Source of the DNA: Syntrophales bacterium
GTDB taxonomy: Bacteria; Desulfobacterota; Syntrophia; Syntrophales; UBA2210
Direction of reading: 5' to 3'
Assembly: GCA_963666365.2 (NCBI GenBank)
Contig: CAXXNF010000001.1
Location: 96,001-160,000, forward strand
DNA length: 64,000 nucleotides
Shown piece by piece: positions 21,177 to 32,242 of this stretch. The position numbers were made by a program, and so were the translations under genes. The notes below the pieces were generated by a model that worked only from the letters and a program-made list of their open reading frames with translations, searched no databases and was not told the DNA's origin. Each line of letters starts with the position of its first letter. The first letter of the stretch is position 1.

Positions 21177-22775
21177 GATTTATCCTTCTCCTTCGTATTG
21201 CAACACACACGCAATATGCTATGCGCGATGACACAGACAAGCGCCAGGATCACGAGTATCCAACCGGCGGTATCAACAACGGGAGACGAATCACGGCCGG
21301 GAAGATAGAAGCCGGCGAGATGTGCCAGACGACCATTTCTGCTGTGGCACGCGTCGCATTGAAGCGAATCCTCTTTCGGCGCCACCATATGATTCACTGG
21401 CCAGTATGATTCGGTCTTAACAAAGCCGATTTTCCCGCTGAAGGATTTACCCACCTCGGCCATTCCGGCCTTCGCGGATTATTCCCAGTCAAAATTTTCC
21501 CAGAAAGCTCACGAATCCTTGGATCCGAACAGCTTCGGCACAATCAGGACTTTGTTAACGGGATCGAATACCTGTTTACCCCGGAGCACCTTAAAGGGGA
21601 ATGTCTTCGCCCCCTCACGGCCATACGCCCCCCGGGGATTGTTCATCGCGATGATACCTGTCGCATCAACCGGACCATCGGGACAATGATAATCCATTCC
21701 TCCCGTATACCAACGATATTCCGGGATGAAAGAACTATTCCACGCAAGATCGTCTTTTTGGGTATGGTAACTGACATTACCATCAACATCCTTTTTAACA
21801 ATAAAGCGATTATTCTCATCAAACTTACCCTCCGTGCTCCAATCCCATCCGACAAGCGTCGATTTTCCACCTCTTCCTATTCCCGGAATGTGGCATGCCT
21901 GACAGGAAACGTTTGCTATATGATCGTTGAGCGTTGCGGATTCCTGATGTGGCGCCGCACCATGGCACGTCTCGCACCCGATAATATTTTCTTTATCATG
22001 CGGCATGGCACGCTGATGACTGTTCTGTGCCGGTGAGACATAGTACCGCCCCGGTATGACATGATTGTCCGTGGCATGACATGTTGTGCAGCTATAGTTC
22101 AATCCTTCGGCATCCATATGGACATCGATCGCCTTGTCGGGTTTTACCAGCAGAGAGTTCAGGTCACCGTGTTTCACGCCGCCCCCCTCCGCCGAAGAAG
22201 TGACATGCGCCGCATGCCTGTCTGCTCGCTTTCCCGACATGTTGAGCGATGTGGGCAAGATCAAGGGGTTCGAATGTCTTGCCACCGAACTTTTTCGTTT
22301 AGTACGCCGGATGACCGCACCTGCTAGGATATTTTTTATAGGTCCCCGTCATGTCATGACACACTAGGCAATCAATCCGATCCTGGGCGCTCAAATCGAA
22401 GTTCTCGTCCTTCCACCCATAACCGATGTGACAGCGGGTACACCTGCACCAGTTCGATTGCGGGGTGACTCAGAGATTATTTAAATATCGGGCCTTTCCG
22501 AGGCATTGATCGTCCGATTTGTCCGGTACCCACGTCCAGTGAAAGGTGTGTTGAATCTGCGAGGCTGCCTCGGTATGACACGAGGGGCATGCCTGCGTGA
22601 CTTCCGGACCCGATTTAAAGTCTTTTTGCAGCTCTTCGAATTTACTATGGTCCGCGGTCGATTCTCCTGCCTGTCCAGGAATAACTGGTAATGATTACGC
22701 GTTGCCTGCAAGGATAATAATATATCCGAAGGTACAGAAAAACAGGAACGGGCGCAGAAGTGATTGATATAGTGT
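21173..22775 (-). pseudogene. Octaheme tetrathionate reductase (OTR)-family cytochrome c, decayed
   Basis: STADHSKF..GPEVTQACPSCH, CTRCHIGYGW, CLVCH, CGACH, CTTCH, CETCH, CQACH, CDACH plus a C-terminal TM; interrupted by several in-frame stops (~22695, 22470, 22300, 21509, 21480) and a frameshift in a G-run near 22185. Confidence 0.85.
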
Positions 22776-23044
22776 GGGTCCCCCCTCCTTAACCATGACG
22801 ATAATTCCTCCTTTCAACAGCAGTTGCTCATGATATGAAAACCATCCACCGGAAGGGAAAATGGTACCATTCCCCCCCCAGCCGACAATCATCTCAGAAA
22901 TAGAGAACTGTCGGTTCCGGCGGCAAGATCACTTCGTAGATATGGGCTAGGAAGATAACCGAAGGATACCGATAAATAGATATGGTGTCCCTATATTTAT
23001 GCGATCCGTTCCCTTTTGTCATCCTGTCTGCTCCGGCACTCGTC

Positions 23045-23722
23045 TCAGATGCGCACGGTAAGCTCTAAACCGCCTTTAAACGGGACCGTCATCGTGCGAA
23101 GTCTGTTCCCGGGGTCATGTACAAACTCAAAGTAGCTGCGGTAGAGACTGGCGAACGCCTTGGTATTATCGCATATCACGATGGCCCCGGGACGCAGATT
23201 CGGGGCCACAAGTTCCAGAGCGGGAAGTGCCACTTCCCAGACGTCAATCAGCATGAAATCTACTGGGCCGCCGATGTCGCAGAGCGTCTCCCGGAGATCG
23301 CCCTCACGCAGTTCGATGAACTCGCTGAGCCCTGCCTGCTGGAAGTTCGTCCGTGCGGCTCTCGCCTTCTTTGGCTCGTATTCCGTGCCAATGACCACTC
23401 CGTGCTCGCCCTGATTGTCGCGCACCGCCGCGGCCAGATAGAGCGTCGATACCCCGTACGATGTGCCCGCTTCCACAACTCGGGTCGCTCTCAGTGAACG
23501 GCAGAGCGCGTAGCAGAACTGCGCCTTCTCCCTGTCAAAGGCAACCATTTTGTCAGAGAAAAACCGATGCATGTCGTCGTCAAAGCGGACCTCCTTGTCG
23601 AGGGTGCCTTCTCGTACCCGACGTGCAATGTAGTCTTTGATTTCGCCAACCTGGGCGTCGCTTTGTGCATGCAAGCGGTCGAGCAGGACCTCAAGTCTCG
23701 GATCATTCAGCAAGGACGTCAT
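23045..23722 (-). CDS. Class I SAM-dependent O-methyltransferase
   Basis: VVEAGTSYGVSTLYLA, EGDLRETL, VDFMLID, LRPGAIVICDN. Confidence 0.88.
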   Translation of the reverse strand: MTSLLNDPRLEVLLDRLHAQSDAQVGEIKDYIARRVREGTLDKEVRFDDDMHRFFSDKMVAFDREKAQFCYALCRSLRATRVVEAGTSYGVSTLYLAAAVRDNQGEHGVVIGTEYEPKKARAARTNFQQAGLSEFIELREGDLRETLCDIGGPVDFMLIDVWEVALPALELVAPNLRPGAIVICDNTKAFASLYRSYFEFVHDPGNRLRTMTVPFKGGLELTVRI

Positions 23723-24136
23723 ATTTCGCTTCTCCTGTGGAATGCCACATCAATCTGGGCAGCGCCGAACCATGCTCTGAGCACAAGACACATTCGAACA
23801 TTTCATGTGCTGTAACGGGATGTCCTGTGCTCTTTATATTTTTGAATGTCTGTCTCTATTGGCGTCGGCAAGGACATCCCATTCAGTAAATGTCCCTTCC
23901 CGGCATGTTACGGTATCACATAGTCAATTTTTTCCCCGTTGGCAAGCCGGTTTTTCAGGGCATCACAAGAGCCTGTTCGACGCAGCCAAATTTCCGCCCA
24001 CCCAAACACTTGCCGAAATGCCGCATCAAATTGTGTTTTATTTCATTGACCCTGTAAATCATCTATAGGATAAGTCAGTTCTTCTTGATTATGTCTTAAC
24101 AAGTGAAAAGGCTAACGAATGATGGAAGGTAGGTAG

Positions 24137-26466
24137 ATGAAATTATTTTCACGGTGGGTTGAAAGTTATTATAGGAAGTCCTTGGGCATTTTTCTTCATC
24201 TTATTTTCGTTACTTACCTCTTCACTCCTGCAGCTCTTAATGCCGGAGTCCTGACGATGCCATCCTCCTCTTTAAATGTATCACTGGGCGGGAGCGTGAC
24301 GTTGAGCGCTTCGGCGGAGGGGTTGGCCGATTCGACTGTGAGCTGGTCGATAGTCTCCGGGGGCGGCTCCATCGATGCGGCTACCGGGGTTTACACAGCA
24401 CCGGAGGTAATGCCCGTGGGTGGTCTTGCCGTGGTCTGCGCCACTTCGAATGCCGATCCGACCCGGTCGGGCTGTGTCACGATCCGGCTGAGCCCCGCTT
24501 TGGCGTTGGGGGGTCTGGGGGAGCCGATCGATTTGCCCGGAGTGAGCGAGGGGGTGATCGTGGCCGATATGAACGGCGACGGCCGGCCGGATCTGGTTGC
24601 GGGGGATAATTTCAGCCGAAAGCTCAGCGTGGTTTTGAATGCGGGGGAAGGCGCATGGGAGGCGGCGAAGACCTATGAAGTGGGAGAGGCGCCCTATCCG
24701 TCCGTTGGAGATTTTACCGGTGACGGCTGGGCGGATGTCGTTATGACCGGCGGGGACGGTTCGCTTCATCTGCTGGCGAACACCGCCGATTTCACGGGGA
24801 CATTGACGCCTTCGCCCGCGATCATGACTCTCCCCGCCGATGTCCGCAATCTGAAGCCGGTGCATGTGGATACCGACGGCACGCTCGATCTCGTGGCATT
24901 GGCCGGGAACAGCGCTTCGATGATGCTGCGGGGTACCGAGGGCGATTTTGAGGGTCCTGCCTGGCTTTTTTATGGATCCATTTCCGGAGCCGGCATTGCG
25001 GATTTCGATGGCGACGGACGGCCTGATATCGTCGCATCCGGGCTCAATGAGGGTAAGACGTACATTTTGCCGGGTCTTGAAAGCGGCACATATGGATTTT
25101 CCGTGCATCCGGCCATGAGGTGTGTGAACCTGGGGCGCAAGGAGCAGTTCAGCTGGCGCGCGCTCAATCCGCAGACAGGGCCGCCGCGATCCTACGAGGT
25201 AAGCTGGAATGCAGGATCGGACATGGCAGGGACGGTTACCTATCAGGCGCCTGCGACAATGCCGCCGGATCCGGTGACTGTGTCGGTGACCCGGAGCGAC
25301 ACCGGGGAGATGGCGAGCGCCGCAGTGGTTTTGACCGATATCGGGTTCAGCTACGGCCAGCCTGCGGGCCAGGCGGTCTGGAGCATTTTCAGTGATCCCG
25401 CGGACCCGGCCATCCTTTATGTGGCAGGGGAGGCAGGGGTTGTGTACCGCTCGGAGGGTGGCAAGAGCGCCGAGCAGCTTGGCGATTCTTTCAGCAGCAA
25501 TGCCATTAGCCAGGTCGGCGTAACCCTGGATATCGATGGCAACGCGATACTGCTGGCATCGGACAATGTGAGGGTATACCGCTACGATTTAAGTGCCGGC
25601 ACGACGGGGATCTGGCAGTCTTCCGGGGATGAGGCATGGGGTGTTTCCTTCGCATCGATACCCGGCAGCAGTGTGGTGTATGCCCAGAGGAGTGAAGCGC
25701 TCTATCGCAGCAGCGATGGAGGGGTAGACTGGAGTGCGGTCGGATTGCCGGATTGGATCGAGAGCGTGAAGGCGGTCTGGGCTGTAGATGTCAACCAAGT
25801 CTATATCAGCTGCCTTTCCGGAGACGCCTATAAAGTGGCGTACAGCGCCGACGGCGGCGCGACCTGGTCGGATTGCAGCTCAGGTCTGGGAGATCACCTT
25901 CAGGAGATTGTTTCTCTCGTATGGGACCATGGGGATCCGAACCGGTTGATGCTCTCCTTTCGAAGCGGCGTCTTGACCGAGGGAGATCTGGTTTTTCGCT
26001 CCACTGACATGGGACACACTGGCAGCCTGTGCTGGATCTGCCGCTCACCCGCGGCCGCGGGCTGGCATCGGATCCCGGAGGATCGGGAACGGTCTATGCG
26101 ATGGGAGACAGCGGCTACGAGGAGTACGTGATTTATAAGAGCGGGGACTGGGGCGCCAGTTGGTGGGATATTACCACCGGGCTGCCGACCGGTTATAAGT
26201 CGGCTATCGCGGCCTCCCCCCTCGGACCCGATTTCCTCTATGTCGGCGGCGCCGGCGGACTGTTTGCAACCAAGTTCCCGTCAGTTCCAGGAGATTTAAG
26301 TGGGAACAGATCGTTAGGCCTTGAGGACGTGATTATTGTCCTCCAATTAAGCTCGGGGATTAACTTGGAATTTGAAGGTACTTTGAACATAGACATCAAC
26401 GGCGACGGTAGGGTAGGTTTAGCTGAGGCGATCTATATACTCAAGAAAATTGCAGAACCGAATTGA
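24137..26466 (+). CDS. Secreted modular protein: Ig-like + FG-GAP repeats + BNR/beta-propeller + C-terminal dockerin-like domain; frameshift at ~26018
   Basis: Signal peptide; DMNGDGRPDL, DFTGDGWADV, DFDGDGRPDI; RSSDGG, YSADGGATW, KSGDWGASW Asp-boxes; GDLSGN..GLEDVI..DINGDGRVGLAEAIYIL. RSTDMGHT|WQPVL joins ORF 24137..26131 to ORF 26029..26466. Confidence 0.75.
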
Positions 26467-26523
26467 ATCTTTTTATCACTGCTGTCCCAAGGTTAAGAGT
26501 ATTTATAGGGGTCAGCCGTTGAC

Positions 26524-27662
26524 GGCCTGTTACCCAAATGATTTTTTTAAAAATACAGACACTCCCATATCCCTATAGAAGAGTCCGGGAGAAATTTTTG
26601 CACGTCCGTTAAGCAGGGCTCGGCAAAACATGGCCGATACCGAAAAGGTTCTTAAATATATTAACAATAACAACTATTTGTAAATATTTTGCATCGCCCC
26701 AATGCATTTCTCCTGTCCGAACATTGCTCTTTGACATCTTTCCCGTGGACTGCCGCATCAGGATGGCAATATTCTGGACGGCGGCAATAAGAAAGTCTTG
26801 AATCTCCATGCGCCACAAATTTCGCCATCTCGCTCGCTTATACCCATATCTCGTTGACCAGGCAAACGACCTCTCGGATAAATCCTGACGGCGCTTCACA
26901 TCCTTCCGCGCTTTTTTGCTTCCCGCTTCTCTCAGCTCTGCTTCGAGATCATCATGCCGTGCGTGTCGTTTAAGCGATCGTCCGTCCTTTGCCCGCGTAC
27001 ACTGTTTTCTCAGCGGACAGGCCGAGCAGATTGCCGATGAAGCTTTATATTCATAGTAGGTTCGTTTCTTGTTGTAATTCCGTCTTTGCAGCATGCGACC
27101 AGCAGGGCAGAGGAAGGCGTCCTTCACAGGGTCGTAGATGAACTCTTCCTTCGGGAAAATGCCTTTTTGTCTTCCCGACCCGCGGCCGGTCTTTTCAAGG
27201 GAAGGCATGTGCGCCTTTATCTTTCTGTCGCGGCAGAGAAGGAAATTGTCGATCGTCCCGTATTTGCTGTCGGCCACCGCCGTTTCCACCGTATGCTCCG
27301 TATTGCGCTCGTGAGCGTCAATCATATCTTCCAGAGCATGGCCGTCATCCACTGATCCGGCGGTCACTTTTGTGGCAGTGATGATCTCGTGCTTTTCATC
27401 GACGGCACGATGCGTTTTGTAGCGTACCTTTGATTTACTCCCCCGGTGACGGGTAACGGAAGCGTCGGGATCGGTCGTGGAGATATACCGTTTGTCTACG
27501 GGGGTCGTCTTCGACGCCTCTATGTCATCCAATCGCTTTTCAAGACGCCGATAACTTTTATTTAAATGCGTTTGTCGATCATCTGACGCAACAAAAATAC
27601 AACGGAATACTTACTTAATCCTATTCGCGTCTATTCGGCATAGGGGATTTGGGCAACAGGCC
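26524..27662 (-). mobile_element. IS1182-family element, internally deleted copy
   Basis: Near-identical to 51810..53522 but lacking 574 bp; IRs GGCCTGTTACCCAAAT / ATTTGGGCAACAGGCC; truncated transposase ORF 26609..27532. Confidence 0.92.
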
Positions 27663-27687
27663 GTCAACGACTGACCCCATTTTTGGC

Positions 27688-27822
27688 CCATACGCCTCTT
27701 CAAATCGCATCTTCCGGATCTCCTGTAGTATCTCCGTCCGTCTCATTCGCCACCTCCCGGTGACGCATTCTAACTGGACAGATTATGTGCTACAACTCCG
27801 GACATATTACTTGCTCCTAACA
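27688..27822 (-). mobile_element. Truncated second copy (left end and first codons) of the IS1202/ISNCY element
   Basis: Identical to 29080..29214. Confidence 0.9.
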
Positions 27823-27839
27823 CAAATTATTGTATTATC

Positions 27840-29214
27840 TGTTGTCAACAAATAGAACTGTCCGGTTTTGTAGCAAATGAGTTGTCCGCTTTGTAACCCT
27901 CATAAGAGTAGCGGAAGGCGTAGCCTGGAGCTACTCTTATGAGGGTTTGGCGAGCGGCGGACTTACGCTGCCTTTTCTCTCTGGGACTTCTCCAGGTTCC
28001 CGTGTGCATCATAGTCAGCCAGTTTTCTAGGACCGTGGAAAATGGCAAGCGAGCCGTCGGTATAACGGTGAACGCGCACTCTGACCTTGACGTAATGACA
28101 TCGATACCGGTTTGCCGGGATTTGTAACGTTTTGCCTTCAAAGCTGACGCAGTTGTCAGCGGTTACCGTTCTCTGGTACTGCTCACACAGGATATCGTCA
28201 AGATTTACTTGGCCCAAGGGTACAAAGGCTGAATCATTCTCGGTAGCAGGGTGCATGAATTCGGCGTTGAAAGCAGGTCGGTACACATCGGCCAGATACC
28301 GATTGGCCACCTCCATCGTGGTGATCCCATAGAGAGCCAATTCCTTGGGAATCCGACCCTGGTGCGTACCGAAGGCACGCTCGCTCCTTCCCCGTGCCTC
28401 CGGAGAATAGGCGGGGATCATCTCGATCCCCATCTGCTTCATGGCACGCCCAAACTGCGTAAGCTGTCCTTTACTGACCGCTCCCCCGGCTTTAGGGGTA
28501 TACCAGTAGTGACTGCCACGATCTGTGTAAATTGAGCTAAACAAGCCCTTTTGAAGAATCACATCTCGTACGCCCTGAAAGCTGCTGGTGGTGCCTTCCT
28601 CCTGGACAAAGAACATGCTGTAGTGCTCATTGGTCGCATCATCCATTGTCACGATCAGATCCCACTTCTTCCCCGGCACCCACTCATGGGCGCTACCGTC
28701 CTGATGAACAATCATCCCTGTCAACGGCGAGGGATCACGACGTTTCCGATGGGAGCCTTTCCTGGCCGTCTTCAAAACTAATCCCCTCGACTGAAGCGTG
28801 TTCTTCACCCAGGTGTAACTTCGCTGTCCTCCATCACGCCGATACCATGAATAAAAATGTTTCACATTCCAGCCTCGGTAACGACCTTCATACTGCCGGG
28901 AAAGCGCCATGACTTCATCCACGGGAGCTCGACGTGATGACGCCTGCGTCATCCGCTTGTCTAATAAGCCATCTAAACCCCTCTCCTCGTAACGATCAAC
29001 GTAGCGCCGGAATGTCCGGTCGCATACTCCCAATATCCGCGCCGCTTCCTCTTGGGTTAATCGACCTTCTGTCCATACACCATACGCCTCTTCAAATCGC
29101 ATCTTCCGGATCTCCTGTAGTATCTCCGTCCGTCTCATTCGCCACCTCCCGGTGACGCATTCTAACTGGACAGATTATGTGCTACAACTCCGGACATATT
29201 ACTTGCTCCTAACA
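27840..29214 (-). mobile_element. IS1202-family (ISNCY) element with 17-bp target duplication
   Basis: TGTT..AACA ends with internal TGTCCGG..TTGTAGCA repeats; DR CAAATTATTGTATTATC at 27823-27839 and 29215-29231. Confidence 0.88.
27963..29138 (-). CDS. ISNCY/IS1202 DDE transposase
   Basis: N-terminal HTH; HQDGSAHEW, DDAT, YTDRGS, AYSPEARGRSER. Confidence 0.93.
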   Translation of the reverse strand: MRRTEILQEIRKMRFEEAYGVWTEGRLTQEEAARILGVCDRTFRRYVDRYEERGLDGLLDKRMTQASSRRAPVDEVMALSRQYEGRYRGWNVKHFYSWYRRDGGQRSYTWVKNTLQSRGLVLKTARKGSHRKRRDPSPLTGMIVHQDGSAHEWVPGKKWDLIVTMDDATNEHYSMFFVQEEGTTSSFQGVRDVILQKGLFSSIYTDRGSHYWYTPKAGGAVSKGQLTQFGRAMKQMGIEMIPAYSPEARGRSERAFGTHQGRIPKELALYGITTMEVANRYLADVYRPAFNAEFMHPATENDSAFVPLGQVNLDDILCEQYQRTVTADNCVSFEGKTLQIPANRYRCHYVKVRVRVHRYTDGSLAIFHGPRKLADYDAHGNLEKSQREKAA

Positions 29215-29422
29215 CAAATTATTGTATTATCTTGACATACAACGACAGGTGAGGTAGTGTGCAGACTCATCCGTTTTTGCGCCTCCACCGTTTTTTTCTT
29301 ACCTGCTGTTATTTAAAAGGATGTTATACCTTGGAATAAATCAAAAGCCTTGAACAACCTGCTTATTCCATTCTTCACATTGTCAAGCAAAGATTGCCCA
29401 AAATAAAAAAGGAAGTACAGGA

Positions 29423-29794
29423 ATGAATGGGAAAAAAAACACAGATCTGAGATTAAGCGATTTTTTAAAAAACTACTTGCCGGAAATTTATAGTTTTTCA
29501 CTAAACAAACTGGGAGAATTCACTTTTCATAAAGAGCAAAAACTATGGGAACAAGGCAAAATGACTGCACCTTTCCTTAAGCAAGTCGGCGGAAGGTTGG
29601 GTTTTCCAACGTCCCAGGTAAGCAACTATAAGCTTTTATATTCATTGAAGAACCAGAGAGAAAAACTAATTGAGCTTCTTAAAGAGCAGCCGGAATTGGA
29701 TCAATATATAGCTATAAAGACACGGCCGCGCCTGAGCGCACTGAATCATAAAAAATCAAAAAAAGAGGGACCACCAGCCTCAGCAGACTTATAA
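29423..29794 (+). CDS. Hypothetical protein
   Basis: 123-aa ORF in AT-rich DNA between two IS; TTGACA-N17-TAGTGT upstream at 29232; no recognisable motif. Confidence 0.4.
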   Translation: MNGKKNTDLRLSDFLKNYLPEIYSFSLNKLGEFTFHKEQKLWEQGKMTAPFLKQVGGRLGFPTSQVSNYKLLYSLKNQREKLIELLKEQPELDQYIAIKTRPRLSALNHKKSKKEGPPASADL

Positions 29795-31564
29795 CCTGGA
29801 TTCCCGCTATCTCATAACGATGAGGGAGGAGCGACCCCGAGAATGGTGTAGAGTTCCTGTTGTTTTTTTGTGATTTCGCCCGCCCTCAAGTTTTTTCCGG
29901 GTCTGCCGAAGCATTCGATCACATCGAATTGATCCAGCAAGCCTTGAAGTGTGTACTTGCCAAACAGGTTGTTCTTCTGCATGGCTTTTTTTATACAGGA
30001 CAGATATATCAGAGCAACGAACTGCACGAACAATTTCCCCTCCAGTGATTGCTCCGACGAAACCAGCAACCTTCGCATGCTCAGGCGCTCCTTGAGATTG
30101 CCGAACGTTTTTTCTACCAGATCCTTGTTGCGGTAGACATCGAGCGCCCTGACGGGATCTTTTATTTCATTGCTGAGGAGCGCAAAGTACCCATAATTCC
30201 TTCTGGCCTCATCTATTGCCTCTTGTCTGGCAATCACCTTGATGCCTCTTGCCGGTGTTTCATGGGTTTCAAAGTATTTATCATAGAGCTTTGAGTTCTC
30301 GGGCTTCATGACGCCACCGTGCAGTTTCTGCTGGAGTGCCAGCAGGCGCCGCGTTAGTCTTTGCTCATCTTCGGCAGCCCGCTCGCTGTTGAAATACAGA
30401 TGAAGATACATCCTTCGCTCTCCCTGGATGGTATCCCCTTTATAGGGACGCTCATGGGAATAGTTCCATTTCATGGGAACGCACAGTGCAAAGACTTCAT
30501 GGCTCTCGCAGTAATTCGACCATTCACGCAGAGAATGATGAACGCTATCGAGCTGCTCTTTTACACGCTTCAAAGAAAGCCTGGCTCCAATGAGAAACTT
30601 ATGGTGCTCTTTGTACAAGTCATTGATGTTGTTGATGCTGTAGAATCCCCGATCCATGACCAGATGAACCTTCTTGAGGTTCAGGAAGTCTATGTCTGCC
30701 AGCATGTTCCTGACGGTTTTCACATCGGTGACGTTTCCCGGCAGCTTGCGATAATAAAACGGCAGGCTTGATTCCTGGCCGAATACAAGGGCCAGATTGA
30801 GTTGCGCCAGATGGTCCCGCTCCTTGTTGTAGCCATATCTGAACTGTTTCAGGCACTCCGAATAGCTTGATACAGAGGTGATATCATAGGCCCAGTATTC
30901 CTTCTCACAGCGTCTTGCGGCCTGGAGCTGAAAGAATCGATAGCGGTCCTCTTCCGTTATGGAAGCAAAGAGTTCGCTGCTTCTTTGGGATGGAATATCC
31001 TGCCCGTGCGGGTGCTGATGCAGCGAAGACCATTTCGAAAAGCGACTTAAATGGCTGTCTGCCTCAAGAATCAGATAGTAGGCAATTGAGATGATTTGTT
31101 TATAGCTGTCAGGAAAACACTGCTTCAAGTCCGAAGCCAGTCCAAGCCTTTGACCAAGGACATCGAGAAGGTAGGTGGCGCCGTAGAATTTCCGGGAGGT
31201 TTCCGTGCTCGAAACAGGGCCTCTCCTGACAGCCTTCGGGGTGGCAATCCCATTTTTTGGTTTGTTTGTTCCTTTGGTCGGCGTAATCTCTCCGGTGCTT
31301 TCATCCACTCGACCAATCAGAGTTCGTTTTGCCCGGGATTGTTTCTTTTCCTTATCCCAATGAGAAATAGATTCGTAGGCATAGGTGATACCGGATCGCT
31401 TGTCATGCTGATGTACAATGGCCATAAAACCCCCTTATCATCGTTATGTTCTAATACCTCATAACGATGATAAGGGCAAGCAAAATAACAGAATTAATTC
31501 ATAATTATTTATGGGTTACAACAAAATATTAGAAACCTATCGTTATGATCTCCGGGAATCTAGG
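29795..31564 (-). mobile_element. IS1634-family element
   Basis: Terminal IRs CCTGGATTCCCG / CGGGAATCTAGG; no matching target duplication. Confidence 0.85.
29812..31425 (-). CDS. IS1634 transposase
   Basis: YDITSVSSYS, YGYNKE, PGNVTD, VMDRGFYS, YRNKDLVEKTF. Confidence 0.92.
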   Translation of the reverse strand: MAIVHQHDKRSGITYAYESISHWDKEKKQSRAKRTLIGRVDESTGEITPTKGTNKPKNGIATPKAVRRGPVSSTETSRKFYGATYLLDVLGQRLGLASDLKQCFPDSYKQIISIAYYLILEADSHLSRFSKWSSLHQHPHGQDIPSQRSSELFASITEEDRYRFFQLQAARRCEKEYWAYDITSVSSYSECLKQFRYGYNKERDHLAQLNLALVFGQESSLPFYYRKLPGNVTDVKTVRNMLADIDFLNLKKVHLVMDRGFYSINNINDLYKEHHKFLIGARLSLKRVKEQLDSVHHSLREWSNYCESHEVFALCVPMKWNYSHERPYKGDTIQGERRMYLHLYFNSERAAEDEQRLTRRLLALQQKLHGGVMKPENSKLYDKYFETHETPARGIKVIARQEAIDEARRNYGYFALLSNEIKDPVRALDVYRNKDLVEKTFGNLKERLSMRRLLVSSEQSLEGKLFVQFVALIYLSCIKKAMQKNNLFGKYTLQGLLDQFDVIECFGRPGKNLRAGEITKKQQELYTILGVAPPSSL

Positions 31565-31772
31565 TTGTATGGTACGCATGGATAACCTTTCCGCCGCCAC
31601 GACAACCTCCTGTTTTTGACCGAAGATTCTAACGGCTTTTATGGATTTTATCCAGCGTCGCATATGCCGAATTCAGGGGGTGGCGGAATGATCATATTCC
31701 GGTGGCGGAATGAATCATATTCGGGTGGCGCGTTCCATCATATTTGGGTGGCGGAATGCGTCGGAATATCCA
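31565..31772 (-). mobile_element. IS21-family left end A with istA start, truncated by IS1634
   Basis: Minus strand begins TGGATATTCCG; tandem GGTGGCGGAATG repeats on plus; AGGAGG then (M)AAERLSMRTI. Confidence 0.75.
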
Positions 31773-32017
31773 CCTGCTATCTTTCGCACGCTCATGCCCG
31801 GGAACTCGCTAAAGCGTATGATCTCTCGTATCTTCTTCATGCTTATCCTTTTCCGTGCCATTTGCATCTCCTCTTCTCGCATTCACGTTCAGAGAAGATG
31901 GCATATCATCTTAATGGGAAAAGGATGTAGAGGATGAATGCGTTGCATTCCGGAAATAACCCGAAAAGTGGCAAACTATCCTCCGGAATGGGTGGCAGGT
32001 TTGGGCCGGAATCTGCA
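31773..32017 (-). mobile_element. IS21-family left end B with istA start, truncated by end A
   Basis: Minus strand begins TGCAGATTCCGG; GAGGAG then MARKRISMKKIREIIRF..MSVRKIA (ATG 31861). Confidence 0.75.
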
Positions 32018-32242
32018 GTATAAAAACAGCAACAGAAAAATCCCAAGAATTGATCTCATTGCAATTTTAGCATCAAGCAGGTTGGCGGCGGTTCCAATTC
32101 CCTTTATACCTTCTGAAATGGCTAAGCCTCCAGGCGAGGAACCGTTTTTAGTATTGTCTTTCACTGGCTAATCTTTCCTGTAGTCCTTTTAAATCTGCTT
32201 TTTGAATATATTCGGTATCATGGAACCTTTCATACCAAGCAT

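Noticed and set aside
22468..22474. In-frame TGA at a position where OTR homologs have Cys (possible selenocysteine)
   Set aside because: The same gene has TAA stops and a frameshift, so decay is the simpler explanation; no SECIS evident
23723..23815. GTTCGGC upstream of the methyltransferase as an integron cassette boundary
   Set aside because: No matching RYYYAAC or attC hairpin after the gene; single weak motif
31676..31772. Tandem ~22-bp GGTGGCGGAATG repeats as a mini-CRISPR
   Set aside because: No unique spacers and no cas genes; they are the subterminal repeats of an IS21 end next to an istA start
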